Positions 12,057-24,957 of a stretch of DNA of 64,000 nt are shown in pieces (within the stretch, counting starts at the first letter, position 1; every line of letters begins with the position of its first letter). Under the pieces are notes generated by a model. That model ran no database searches and was not told the DNA's origin. It saw only the letters and a program-made list of their open reading frames with translations. The stretch is from Octopus vulgaris. Taxonomy: Eukaryota. The translations under genes were made by a program, and so were the position numbers. Where the stretch lies: positions 79,608,001-79,672,000 of the forward strand of contig OX597817.1 in NCBI GenBank assembly GCA_951406725.2. The letters are read 5' to 3'.

Positions 12057-12286
12057 GGCGGCGAGCTGGCAGAAACGTTAGCACGCCGGGCGAAATGCTG
12101 AGCGGTATTTCGTCTGCCGTTACGCTGTGAGTTCAAATTCCGCCGAGGTGGACTTTGCCTTTCATCCTTTCAGGGTCGATAAATTAAGTACCAATTACGC
12201 ACTGGGGTCGATGTAATCGACTTAATCCCTTTGTCTGTCCTTGTTTGTCCCCTCTATGTTTAGCCCCTTGTGGGCAATAAAAAAAA
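12057..12286 (+). mobile_element. SINE family A (tRNA-derived, Nin/Deu-like core), full length with tail A
   Basis: Head ggcgagctggcagaa..gagttcaaattcc (A/B-box-like); core gcctttcatcctttc.gggtcgataaattaagtacc; tail tagccccttgtgggcaataaa; TSD agaaaattacgaaa at 12040-12053 and 12287-12300. Confidence 0.92.
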
Positions 12287-12570
12287 AGAAAATTACGAAA
12301 AAGAAAACAATCATTTTTGTGGTTATTGCTGTTCCAAACGCACGATGTGTGTGTGTTTGTGTGTGTCTGTGTGTTTGTGTGTGTGTATGTATGTTTGTGT
12401 GCGTGTGTGTGAGGGGTGGGTGAAGACATCAACATTTAAAAGACATGGATTCTTCTTCTTTTAAAACGGCCTCCCTTCATTGTTTTGCAATACGTGAAAA
12501 AAAGTGGGGAGAAATCTTGATAAAAACAGGAAAATTCAAACAGCTATTTCTGCTTTTCCAGTTTCCAGTA

Positions 12571-13489
12571 GGGGTAGGTGGGCACAGTGAGTAATATTTA
12601 CGGTATTTTTGACTTTGAAAAACAAATAATTTTCACAAATGTTCACTACCTTGCAAAAACTATATCAGCAAAGTAAAGACCCCTAAATGCAGTAAAACCT
12701 ATAATATATTCAGAACGTTATTCCAGAAAATTATCACTCTTCTTTTTGTGCATATGAAAGACAAAACTAGGTGGGGCAAAATGAGTAAGACAAGATGAAG
12801 TAAATTTGTTTTTATTTCTCTTGAATTTCATTTGAAAAAAGATTCATACACGTAAACATCCACCCTTAGACACCAGAAAGATCAGAAAAGCAACAAAGAG
12901 TTTTAAATATCTAGGTCAAATGAAAGCGAATCATGGAAAAATAGCACGATATGAAATGAATGAAATCTAACTAAATCTAAAAACTCAATATAAAATATTC
13001 TCTTTGGCTTTTTCATGATCTGCTGGAGTAGCTTTCTTCCATGCATATTTATGAACTATGTGGTTAAAGAGAGGTAATTACTAAAATTAGTCATTACTCA
13101 TTTTGCTCTAATTTAGACTTTCTTTTTAAAGCTTGAAGATTATCGAATTAGATATTTGTTTGGAAAAAAAATTGTGCAGAATCAAACAGAATATTGATGG
13201 TTAGACATCGAAAATTATCCAGATATTTTATTAGTAACTTCAATTACAATCAAGTCAAATTTGGAGAAAAATTTCTTGTAACGAAAAAGTACCTGTCACT
13301 TATGTTTCAAACGCTCAGCTTCAACAACAACTATATAAGTTATACTGACCAATTCTTACTCCCAACGATGATGCAATGGTATAAAATGGGGATGCAATAA
13401 TTGCAATAATTCTAAACAGGTAGGGAGAAAATAACAAGAAATCAGAAATTATTCATTTTGACCTAGTAACCAATTTTGCTCCACTTCCA
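12571..13489. mobile_element. Degenerate non-autonomous DNA transposon (MITE-like) with GGGG..GGGGCAAAATGAGTAA-type terminal and subterminal inverted repeats
   Basis: ta|ggggtaggtgggcacagtgagtaa at 12571 and ggtggggcaaaatgagtaa at ~12771, versus ttactcattttgctc at ~13094 and aaccaattttgctccacttcca|ta ending at 13489. Confidence 0.55.
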
Positions 13490-15075
13490 TATGGTAATTT
13501 CAAGTGTTTGACAGAATGACGGAAACTATAGGGGAAAATAAGAAAGTAAAACGATTCGTTTAAATGAAAAACATTTGAATACATATGCAATAATTCTAAA
13601 CCGAAAAAGAATGCTTTTAGCTGTTGAGAGATATAATTTTATAATTAAAACTAAATTCAAAATTTAAATTTTGGAACATTTTCTTACTTGTTTCATAAAA
13701 TAAGACCAGTTTTCAATACCTCACTGAAATAAGTTCAGAAGCAGAAATGTGCATGTGTGTGTGGGGGGTGATGTGTGTGTGTGTGTGTGTGTGGGTGATG
13801 TGTGTGTGTGCGTGTTTATGTGCGTGTGTGTGCTTGTAACTGTGATCAGTTAAGGCAATATATTACAAGTCAATGTGATATCCTGGTGAGGGAGTTTGTG
13901 CTGGTACAGTTAGATGCAGGGGCCCGGGAACAGAAGGTGCAGGTGGTACACTTGCATCCACTAAAAATTTTCAGAGGTGCAAAATGAAAATTTATACCCC
14001 TACATACTTTACCAGGTCTAGAAAATAGTGTCTAGAAGTTGGTCTGTAAAAAGTTGTTTGAACTTAGGTTTCTTCTCAAAGCAAGAACAAAGGACAAAAA
14101 TAAAAAAAAGTCCAAAATGCTTACTGATGAAACTGGTCATAAAATTCCCAAGGGAATTCTCTTGAAAGATATACTACTGAACTAAAGCATCATCAACAGC
14201 TAAATAGATAACAGCTAAATAGCCCTTAAATCAGAAATTAAATCACAAATAACTTTTTATTTTACATAGTAATATGAATTCACATGTGTAGAATACAAAT
14301 TCGCAAAAATTTTCGGAAAATTCCAAAAACTAGAAAAATTTATGAGATGCTATATGGGATACTTAAGGATACCTGGCTCTTTTTCCTGATGCATTTATGC
14401 ACCATACAGTTAAAAAGATTTGTGAAATTAGTTATAACTCATTTTGCCCCGTGTAGATACTAGTTTTGGAAAATTGAAAATTATCAAATTAGACATTAGT
14501 GTGAGAAAAAGTTGACTTGCAGCCCAACAGAGGAAAGAATTTGGATTGATGAACAGCCAAAATTATCTAGATATTTTTTTAGCAACCTTAATTACAACTG
14601 GGTCAAAGTTGAGGAGAAATGTTTTGAAAATAAAGTACCTATTACAAAACGGTTTCAAACTGCCTCAACTGCAACTACAACGGTAGTGGCCGATGTTTAC
14701 TCCCAAACATGATGGTAGAGGACAAACTGGTGATGCAATTCTTTCAATGTAATGGTGTCAGACAAGTAGTGAGAAAATAAGAAGAAACTGATAACTCATT
14801 TTGCCCAAGTTACCAACTTTGCCCCAATTCCCTGGAGTTATTTCAAGTATTTGCCTAAATGACGAAAAAATATTGAAAAAGAAAGACAGAAAATAGTGAA
14901 CAAGAAAGAAAGAAAATGATTCGGTTTAATGAAAATATGTGAGCATAAAAACGATAATCCTAAAATGCTTTGAGCTGTTGAGAGATGTAATTTCATAATT
15001 AAAACTAAATTTAAAATTTTAATTTTGGAACATATATACAATAAGATCAGTTTTCAATGCCTCAGTGAAATAATG
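13040..15075 (+). repeat. Diverged ~700-bp direct duplication (13040-13735 vs ~14380-15075)
   Basis: Collinear shared blocks (actcattttgc, aaaattatc.agatatttt, aaagtacct, ataattaaaactaaatt.aaaattt.aattttggaacat, cctca.tgaaataa). Each copy is followed by a (TG)n tract. Confidence 0.8.
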
Positions 15076-15248
15076 AAGTATACAATGGCAATGTATGTGT
15101 ATACTTATTTGCGTGTGAGTGTGTGTGTGTGTGTGTGTTTGTGTGTGTGTTTGTGTGTGTGTGCGTGTGTGTGTTTAATGGCCAGTCGTCAATCTAAGAT
15201 CGTTGTGCTCAGTCATGTATTGAAAGAAAGAATTTGAACTAGAGATAA

Positions 15249-15622
15249 TAGCTTGCTTATCAACCACATGGTTCCGGGTTCAGTTCCACTGCGTAGCACC
15301 ATGTGCAAGTGTCTTCTACTATAGCCTCGGGCCGACCAAAGCCTTGTGAGTGGATTTGGTAGACGGAAATTGAAAGAAGCCCGTCGTATATATGTATATG
15401 TATATATGTGCGTGTGTCTGTGTTTGTCCGCCTCAACATCGCTTGACAACCGATGCTGGTGTATTTACGTCCCCGTAACTTAGCGGTTCGGCAAAATAGA
15501 CCGATAGAATAAGCACTAGGCTTACAAAGAATAAATCCTGGGGTCTATTGGCTCGACTAAAGGCGGTGCTCCAGCATGGCCACAGTCAAATTACTGAAAC
15601 AAGTAAAAGAGTAAAAGAGTAA
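15249..15622 (+). mobile_element. SINE family B (tRNA-like head, CORE-like block, internal TA/TG microsatellite, (GTAAAAGA)n tail)
   Basis: aaccacatggttccgggttcag..gcaagtgtcttctactatagcctcgggccgaccaaagccttgtgagtggatttggtagacgg..microsatellite..gaaacaagtaaaagagtaaaagagta; multiple homologous copies in the window. Confidence 0.9.
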
Positions 15623-15998
15623 ATCTCTTTATCTCTATATACATCCATACTCTCTCTCACACACACACGCAAACACACATACACAAACACACACTCACAG
15701 ATGTCCCAAAAGGAACTACAATTAATTCCCATGAGAATTGCGACCGCTTTGGGAATGTTTTTTATTTGAATGAACTGATGTCACTAATGTAGTAAAAACT
15801 GGTTATTTATCAAAAGAGAGGGGTCCATTACATTTTATAAGATATGCTTGTTGAAGGAGAGCCTCTGCATGCAAGATTGCTGAGAGGTAGGGGGCCCTAT
15901 ATTGTGTGCTACATACTCTTCATAGCAGGAGGGCTCTATATCCGTGAATGCCCAGGGAAATTGCCCTCTTCGATCCCCTATAAATCCAGCTCTGTGCG

Positions 15999-16032
<34 letters not shown>

Positions 16033-16225
16033 CATGTAGCTGAAATTTACAGAAAAACAAAAGACGAAGATAGGTGTATGAACAACAAGCAGGTGAATTA
16101 GTTTGACGCTCGGGAAAGTGAAAAAGTCTTTTATGTTTCGAGCCTACGTTCTTCAACAAAAAGGAATAGGAAAAAATATACAGAGAGAACAAAAAACTTG
16201 TGGATTTAGCGATCAAGCATGGCGA
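16033..16225 (-). mobile_element. Short microsatellite-embedded repeat with a decayed hammerhead-like motif (possible PLE pLTR fragment)
   Basis: Unique sequence between (TA)n and (TG)n. Minus strand 16157-16126 reads gTTGAAGAacgtaggctcGAAAcataaaagac. Confidence 0.3.
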
Positions 16226-16229
16226 TTGG

Positions 16230-16275
<46 letters not shown>

Positions 16276-16329
16276 TATGTATGTATGTATGTATGTATGT
16301 ATGTATGTATGTATGTACATTTCTACATA

Positions 16330-16838
16330 CAGTGATCCTTCGTTTATCGCGGTAGATTGGTTCCGAGACCGGCCGCGATAACTGAATTTCCGCGAAGTAG
16401 GGACAACATATTTACAGTATTTATTTAAGGTGTATTTTGACTTTTAAAACCCTCCCTGTACTGTTAACAACCCACCCATTACAGTAGTCTATTAATAACA
16501 AGGACAACTGCTAAGCAATAACACTTTAGATTTTAAAAAATAAAGATCGTTACTTTTACACAGGCCAGATTACAAAATAGAAAGCTGCGATTCGTCGTCT
16601 CTCTCCATTGCACAAATCACAGCCCGTCTTAAGTTCAAATACCCCTGTATATGCTTTTTTGCTATTTTACGATTGTTTTGTTGTTCCGAGACTAGGAAAT
16701 AACATTTATTATTATTTTAATGAAATTAAATGAAAAATTTTAGGCGTTCATATATATATATTTATATATATATATTTATAAAATCCGCGAATTCGTGAAT
16801 CCGCGATAGTTGAACCGCGAAGTAGCGAGCGATCACTG
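16330..16838. mobile_element. Tigger/pogo-type MITE
   Basis: TA|cagtgatccttcgtttatcgcgg ... ccgcgaagtagcgagcgatcactg|TA. Imperfect TIRs starting CAGT, TA target duplication, subterminal ccgcga repeats. Confidence 0.9.
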
Positions 16839-18459
16839 TATATTCTCTTCTACAGTTTAGTTTTCGAGCTGATTTCAACAAAATGTTGATACTGCAGTAA
16901 GATATTTTTTTATTATATTCTTTATTTATGATTATTGTGGTGAATGTTTAAGCCTTATTAATATTACTTTTTATCTAAATCTTCTGATCACGAATAAAAT
17001 CGCTGATAATGTAATTTCTTCTTAAACTTCATTGTTTTTATATCTTTTATCTAGTTCTCTTTGAAGTTGCGAAAAATTTACATTTCTCATTTCAATAACT
17101 GATTGAAAATTTTCCCTAAAACTGTTTCCTTTTTTTTTTGTTCGTAAACTTTTAAACTTGTTGAAAAAAATTAAGAAAGTATGATACCAGAAATAATTAA
17201 TTTCTTAAAAAATGAAAATAAACAGAGAAGCTAATATGAAATACATCACAATCATTGTTAACTTGATATAATAGCAAAATAAGATTTCAGGATCTTTTTA
17301 TTGAGATAAATAGCAGCCAAAGCTAGACAAGTGATACACATCTAAACAAAATAGTGAAATTTCCTCAAATCACACACTTGTGTCACAAGGAAGGCCAATC
17401 TGAAAAGATGAGATGGTTATGACTGAAACATCTTCGATGATAGATTTGTTTAATGAGGAGTGAGCGGAGGTAAAACAATATCAGGGAATTTTCCATCCAA
17501 ATATACATTGCTGTATTATAGAATGAGGAATATTATTGGATAATGCATTCCTAGATATGCTATGTCCGATGAAAAAAGAGAAAGGAATGGAAATGTATTT
17601 TATGATAGATATCCTATATTAGTGTTTTTTGTTTCATGAAAAATGAAATAAAAAGGACAGTTTGAACTTTAGGCTATAAGGTGTAATCTACGAATAAATA
17701 TCTTCATGAGGATTACGGAAATTATAAAAGGGCGTCATTTTCAGTTGTGTGGCAGAATCTACTCCAAAGACATAGCCTACGGTATTACAACTGTTGTAAT
17801 AACAATGCTGGGAAGTAGGTGACGAAAACAAAAGGTAGGTGATGAAAACAACACAAAAAACAAGCATCAAAAAGTAACTAAGATTGAATGACGAACTAAA
17901 TGTTTTGTGCACCAGCCTCCCTCTCTTATCAATTCCAATGTCTCCCATAGGCGTGATGGTCTGAGGATTGTAAAAGAAGCACGAACGTATTGTCATAATT
18001 AGTGAAATTAGGATGTTTTTAAATTTTTGAAACTTATCCAAAACCATAATAAACAGATACAAACTCTGTTTTGTTTACTCATTAATAAAGAAGAAATTAG
18101 CGCAGAAGTTTATTAATATTTAATGAGTGGACTGTTATTTATCAGTCTGAGAACCATAGAACTATCCTACTTTTGTCACGCAATCATTTATTCCATTGCA
18201 CCTTAAAAAGCATTGTGGTTATTCTCATTATTGCATTTTTGTAGTTCTCAGTTATTAATGACCAGCAGATCTATTCTATATTAGTAATCACCGATCGAAC
18301 AGGTGAAATGCATAACTTTGTAATTTTAGTAGTTAAATAGTCAACCCTGATAGAGTAGTGTTATAGCATTTGGCAGTTGAACGGCTAGACGTAATTTATA
18401 TCGATACGGCTTTCAAATTAGCAGTTGTTATACTTAACTGTGCTTTATATGATAGAAAT

Positions 18460-18930
18460 ATATTAGCAGAATTGTGAGAGGGTTGGACAAGATACTTTGA
18501 AATACTTTTACTGAGTCGTCATGTTCTGAGTTCAAAACTAACTTAGCCTTTCCTCCTTCTGGAGTCAATAAGCAAAAATCACAACAAGGATGTAGGATTA
18601 GCCGAATGATTATAGATATGAAGAAAGTACCTTATAGTATTTATTTCGGTTCTTTAAATTCTAAGGTAAAATCGTATCGAGTTCGATGTTGTCTTTTATC
18701 CTTCCAGTGTCAATAAAATAAAGTAGCAGTCAAGGGGTATGGGTTGACAAAATTGCCAGGGAATTGGACAAAATGCTTTGCATCGGACTTTTTATATTCT
18801 AGGTTCAAATCCACCCCGGGTTAATATTGCCTTTTATCCTCTCAAGATCAATAAAATAAAGAATCAATGGATTGGTAGAATTGTTAAAGCAGCTAGACTT
18901 ATGATATTCCGATACTTTATGGTCTGAGCT
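18460..18930 (+). mobile_element. Cluster of 3-4 old, highly diverged SINE-A-like copies in tandem
   Basis: Repeated degenerate ttctg/aggttcaaa..cttttatcctt..gtcaataaaataaag motifs. Confidence 0.6.
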
Positions 18931-20355
18931 CCCTGGTAGATGTGCCTCACTTACCTATATCTAACCCATCAGTATCGTTTAAAAATATAAGAAGGCAAAT
19001 AAGGGGGAAATACCTTTGAGTTCACCTCCGAAAATTCTATGACAAGCATACAGTGTTTCTCAAAGAAGTCACTAAAGGGTAGTTTCATTTGTTGACGTTA
19101 TGGCTTTCAAAGAAAGTATTATCTTCTTTCATGTTGTGGCTAGGCATCAGGGAAATGCGAAACTGTCTCTATGGCACTAGTAATGAGGTACATCATTACG
19201 TTGTTTGTGCAATAAACATTACGAGTCATAGCGTAGAAGTTTGTAATTGAGTTCTGCTTTAAGCAAATGGAACCATTTTATTTCATTATTATGTTTAAAT
19301 GATATTTTACCTATTTTGTTTAAGAGAGAGAGAGGGAAAGCGAAAGGAGGAGACGGAAAGAAATTTTGTAAGATTTGCAGGGTTATTGAGATGGATCATG
19401 GTCAGATGATTGGTTTGTAGCTTGGACATCTATAAGTTTCTGTCTGCAGGAAAAAATGTTGGCTGAGACGGAGGGAGTACATTAAATTAGGACGAAGGAT
19501 TGTATGAAGTGGTTAATTCGTAGTAATGGTAATAGAAAGGAACATAGATGAGATGAAGGATCGTAGATGGAGGCAATATGCAATTAATTATTTCGAATGA
19601 GTAGAGGTCTTTTTAGTAGCACCAGAAAAGATTTGCCATGCCTAATCCGAAGAAATTTGAAATTATGATAGAGAAAAGTAAAAGAAAATACACAGAAAAT
19701 ATTATATCAAGAATATATAAATAAACTAATAAATGGAAACATCTTTGCGACATCACTGATTCCATCTCGGTGTTGACAAACAAGGATCGTTTCTACTTGA
19801 TTATTATCACTACCCTCAATGCTATTATCATCATTATCATCATCTTCTTTAGTCATCACTTCATTCCTTCTCTTCATGTCTATCAGCATCCTTACAATCA
19901 TTGTCGATGCTATCATCATTCTCCCAATCACCGTTATCATTTCCTATGTTCCACTCAGCTTTTCAACGTCACAAGATGACTGCAATGGTATCTTCCTCAT
20001 TGTAATCACAACCATCTTCCTTCCTATTTTTCTTTTCCTCCTTCTCGCCCCCAATACTTTTGGTTGTCAGTGCAACCATCGCTATCCCCGTGATCATTAT
20101 TACTCCCATCAACACCAACACCTGCTACTCAACACTCAGCTCCTTCACCTCCCAATTCATAATATCGAAATATTTTGTCATCGCCACCCCCATCTCTTCT
20201 TCCACTAATTCTACTGCTGCAAGAATTTTTAATGAAACGATAATCATTGGAACAAAAGCGCTACTTAATGACAGGTGTAATCACAGAGGTAATAACAACA
20301 ACAATAATAATAGTAAGGATTATTGTTATTATAATTATTATTATTATTATCATTA

Positions 20356-20792
20356 TTGAGTGAGAGAGGGGTGCATGCCATGAAAGTGACACTGGGGTAA
20401 AATATACGAAGTCCAGTACACCCATCATGACTACCCGTCTGATAAGGGTACACTAGACACATGCATCACAACCATATGTGCATGACATGGTGATCTCATA
20501 TCAAGATAAACAGTGCATGACCTTGCAGATGGGGCCCAGTTACAATCTCCTTCTAGTCGAGTAGCCCTTCCCGCTCAAAAGTTCCATGAATAAGGATTGT
20601 TTAAGGATGTTGAACAAACCACTCATGTTTCCAAATGTGAATTATCCAAACCTCCAAGAATTCCTTTCAACACACTGCTATGATGTTTCCCCACTACTAC
20701 TGCTCATGATCGGAGATGCACATATCGTCAGCCACTAAGGGACATGGTCAACTGGTTAAGGCCAAACAACTGACAAGCAAATCTGTGGTATT
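20356..20792 (-). mobile_element. (AAT)n-embedded 558-bp element, truncated copy
   Basis: Homologous to 32792-33349, 36203-36760 and 43113-43668 but lacks ~120 bp of one end. (ATT)n on both sides. Strand is assigned assuming 5' truncation. Confidence 0.88.
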
Positions 20793-20796
20793 ATTA

Positions 20797-20847
<51 letters not shown>

Positions 20848-21789
20848 CTTTTTTGCAGAAAAGTTTAACTAATATCGATAGGTGATGCAATGACAGTATG
20901 CAACGTTTGAAGGACGAGTTGAAAATTTGCGTTAAAATTCAATAACTGCAGGTATAAGTTAAAAATGTGTGACACAAAAGCGCTATATTAGTTGAGCAAG
21001 ATTCTGTTTATAAATAGAACTCCACTTACCAATAGTTGAGAAGCTGTGATTGACTTTGGTTAGAGTACTTCATACACCTGATTACATATCTTCTTTAATC
21101 CCTACAAATCCAGTTCAAGACAAGTAACCCCCAAATCGTCTAAATGCAGTTCTTGCATGTATAAAGGGAAGAAAGGGTCACATTTTGCAGTTCATCGAAT
21201 GTAAGGGCTTGTAGTGAGTACTCTTCTAGAGTTTGAAACATAGCTCACAGATTTTCCGAATTTAGAAGTATAAACTAATTTATTTTCTTAATAAGAAAAG
21301 TCTGGTCATTAAAGATATTTATACCTACGGGAATTTGGCTCAACCATCAGTACTGGGGGACTTAATATGACTGAAACGGTAAACTCCAAGGTAAGTATGT
21401 GAATTTTCCTGCGAACTAGTCTGGCCGAAGGTTCTGTGTTGACAGTTATCATTCAGCTTTAGGCAATGCTATCCCGGGTTTATACGGGTTATGCTGCTTT
21501 TGCTCCCTATCATAGTCTCTCACCCCCGCTAACTTGTTCAACCTCACGTTAGATACAGTTGTGCATCGACTAAATTTATAGCAGTTGTCCATGAAACTGA
21601 GAAATCCCATTAACTGGATATGCAGAACAGTAACAATGAGGGTGAGAGGAAAGAAGTGAGCGAGCCGATAGCAACAACATCAATAACAACTAGTGCCACT
21701 TTTTTCTCGTCCTGCTTATATTAAACGTGACAAAGTATTATACGCAGTAATTTTAATTCCTTGCACCACCTTCACGATATTTTCCAATA

Positions 21790-22077
21790 AGGCGGCGAGC
21801 TGGCAGCATCGGTAGCGCGCCGGGCGAAATGCTTAGCGGTGTTTCGTCTGCCGTTACGTTCTGAGATCAAATTCCGCCGAGGTCGACTTTGCCTTTCATC
21901 CTTTTGGGGTCGATAAATTAAGTACCATTTACGCACTGGGGTCGATGTAATCGACTTAATCCCTTTGTCTGTCCTTAAAAAAATGTACTGGAGTCGATTT
22001 ATTCGACTAAAAATTCACGGCGACGCCCCAACATGGCCACCGTCTAATGATTGAAACAGGTAAAAGATAAAAGATAA
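21790..22077 (+). mobile_element. SINE family A with chimeric 3' end (partial tail A followed by a family-B-like tail)
   Basis: Family A head and core to ~21975, then gtcgatttattcgactaaa..caacatggccaccgtc..gaaacaggtaaaagataaaagata, which resembles the family B 3' end. Confidence 0.85.
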
Positions 22078-22164
22078 ATGGACATCCAATGAATTATTGA
22101 TACAAAGTTCAACGAGCAGAAGGGCTAACAATCTTTTGTAGATAACTTGTTGGATGATATTAGT

Positions 22165-22590
22165 TTCACATTTTGGTAGCAGACCAGAAATTTTGTGAGT
22201 GGGGTTAAGTCGATCTCATCGACCCAAGCGTTCAACTGGGACTTATTTTATAGATCCCGAAAGGATAAAAACCAAAGTCGAGCTCAGCGGAATTTGAACT
22301 CAGAATGTAAAGACGGACAAAATGCTGCTAAGAATTTTGCCCAGCGCGCCAACAATTGTTATTTCTTTACTGCCCACAAAGGGCTACACACAGAGGGGAC
22401 AAACAAGGACAGACAAACGGATTAAGTCGATTATATCGACCCCAGTACGTAACTGGTACTTATTTAATCGACCCCGAAAGGATGAAAGGCAAAGTCGACC
22501 TCGGCGGAATTTGAACTCAGAACGTAGCGACATACGAAATACTGCTGAGCATTTCGCCAGGTGTGCTAACGTTTCTGCCAGCTCGACGCT
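22165..22590 (-). mobile_element. SINE family A dimer (tail-A copy joined to an older tail-B copy)
   Basis: Two consecutive reverse-complement cores (ggaatttgaactcagaa at ~22290 and ~22507). Confidence 0.88.
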
Positions 22591-23417
22591 TTCCAGACAA
22601 TATGATATTGAGATACACTCCATTTTGTCTCATACTAACACTTCTATAGCAACACAGATACTCAGAGTTGTGATATCTTCTTAAGCCATCATAGCAGACG
22701 TAAAAATTATGTGCATGGCGGTAGAGACTTTCATGATGCCAATCCAAGATATGATTATAGTTAACACTCAGATATTAAATAACCAAATCTCTGTGTGATA
22801 TTTGATTCCTCTCCTTATCATTAATTACTTGAATGACTGATCAAAAAACACCCGATGACAATAAACGTAAGGGAAAGGAAATAGTTTTATATTCTTGACT
22901 CTTGCTGAAGAAAACGATCAGAAGCAAAACGGATTATGATTTCTCATTGTCGTGACCAAAAAGATGGAATCTTACAAAATCAGCAAGAAATTTAATGTCA
23001 GGGTGATGATTCTACATCTCCAAGTAACCGGAAGACACGAAAATAGCAGCAAAGTTTTAATAAAAATAAAAAAAAGAATATGCATTTACCACCGGGACCA
23101 AAACCAGTAAATTCAGGAACAACTCCAAGAGGATAATTTGTCATTCCGATTACTTGAACCCTTGAATAGTTTAATAATGGATTGCTGGAACAATAGACTG
23201 TCGGATCAATTTCTTGCGGTATTTGGTTTGCTTCAATTTACGTCTGCGTTCAATTCCCATAGTATTCGACTTTGCTTTGCATCCTTTGGAAACGATAAAA
23301 TCAGCATTGGTTAAGCACTGATTTTATTTTACTTGACCAGTTCTGGTCGAGTAAGATAAATTAACTATACTCAGTAAATTAACAATACACTGTTCCCCTG
23401 GATGTGAAACTGTTGAT

Positions 23418-23633
23418 ATTGGCTTCAAATTTTAGCACAAGGCCAGTAATTTCTGGGGATGGGGTGAGTTGATTACATCGGTCCCAGTGTTCAACTGGTA
23501 CTTATTTTATCGACCCTGAAAGATGAAAAGCCAAGTCGACCTCGGCAGAATTTGAACTCAGAACACAAAGACAGATGAAATGCTGCAAAGCATTTTGCCT
23601 GGTGTGCTAACGATTCTGCCAGCTCCCAGCCTT
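23418..23633 (-). mobile_element. SINE family A with tail B
   Basis: Reverse-complement core plus tail ggccttgtgctaaaatttgaagccaa. tgttgata is repeated on both flanks (23411, 23643). Confidence 0.85.
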
Positions 23634-24344
23634 AAATTTTTGTGTTGATACTAGAAATTAATTCTAATCGATAACGAGTATACCCGTAGAATTCAAATCC
23701 CGCTGTGGTCTAATTTGCCCTTCCTCCTACCGAGGTTTATAAGTATCAGTTTAGAGTGGTCAAGAGGTAGAAACGCTAGCGACTAAGAGGAGATACATTT
23801 CAATATTTATTGCTATTCTGTGTCCTAAGCTCAAATTCCAATGTGGCTTTCTAGGGTAGAAGGCTTAATCTATTTTAACGCTACAGCTGAGCGTTGGTTA
23901 ATTTTAGCAGGATTTACCTTGTTGAAAGTACTGAAACTATATCTCCGGTTTAAGGATACCTCACACCTTCACCCTACTAATATCTGAGACCCTGCACACG
24001 ATCATGAGCACTGCCATTTCATGTAGACAAAAAATTAGAATGTTGAAATTAACAATTTATTGCTAATCACTATGAAATTTATTTTCTTTTCAAACATTTC
24101 AAAAATGTTTGCATTAAATTAAAATTGTCTTGGAGGATGGTTATTTACTTTGTATATTCTTTTAAGTTAATTCGATGGAAGCATTCTCGTTTTATATACA
24201 CGGCCTTCAATGGTACTCCTCTTAATAAAAATTGCCTGTGCAGTGTTGTCCATTAGTGGTTCACATTTAGTCTCAGCAGTATTAAAGTTTAATAAGACCA
24301 AACTTCTATGCCTCTACACTTCATTATACTACAAGCACTTTAAT

Positions 24345-24957
24345 ATTAGTTCCAATTTTTGGCACAAAACCAGCGAATTCGGGGGAGAGGGTAAGTCGAT
24401 TATATCAACCCCAGTATTCAGCTGATACCAATTTAATCGATCCGGAAAGGATGAAAGGCAAACTCGACCTCGGTGGAATTTGAACTCAGAATGTAAAGAT
24501 GGACCATATGTCACTAAGCATTACCCCGTGTGCTAACGATTCTGCTAGCTCGCCGCCCTAGCTGACGCATATTGATTTCAAATTTTGGCACAAGGCCAGA
24601 AAGTTCGGGATAGGGTGTAAGTCGATTATATCGATCCTTGTGTTCAACTGGTACTTATTTTAATGTACTTCGAAAGAATGAATAGCGAAGTTGACCTCGG
24701 CAGAATTTGAACTCAGAACGTAAAGACAGGCGAAATACCCATTTCTTTACTACCCACAAGGGGACAAACAAGGACAGACAAACGGATTAAGTCGATTATA
24801 TCGACCCCAGTGCGTAACTGGTACTTATTTAATCGACCCCGAAAGGATGAAAGACAAAGTCGACCTCGGCGGAATTTGAACTCTGAACGTAGCGGCAGAC
24901 GAAATACCTATAAGCATTTCGCCCGGCTTGCTAACGTTTCTAGCAGCTCGCCGCCTT
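24345..24957 (-). mobile_element. SINE family A cluster: a monomer (24345-24559) plus a dimer (24570-24957)
   Basis: Three cores; tail-A/body junction at ~24740. Confidence 0.88.

Noticed and set aside
22322-22684. Recurrent ORF ...RPRKDERQSRPRRNLNSER... (also 37617 and 61856)
   Set aside because: It is an antisense translation of SINE family A, not a protein family.
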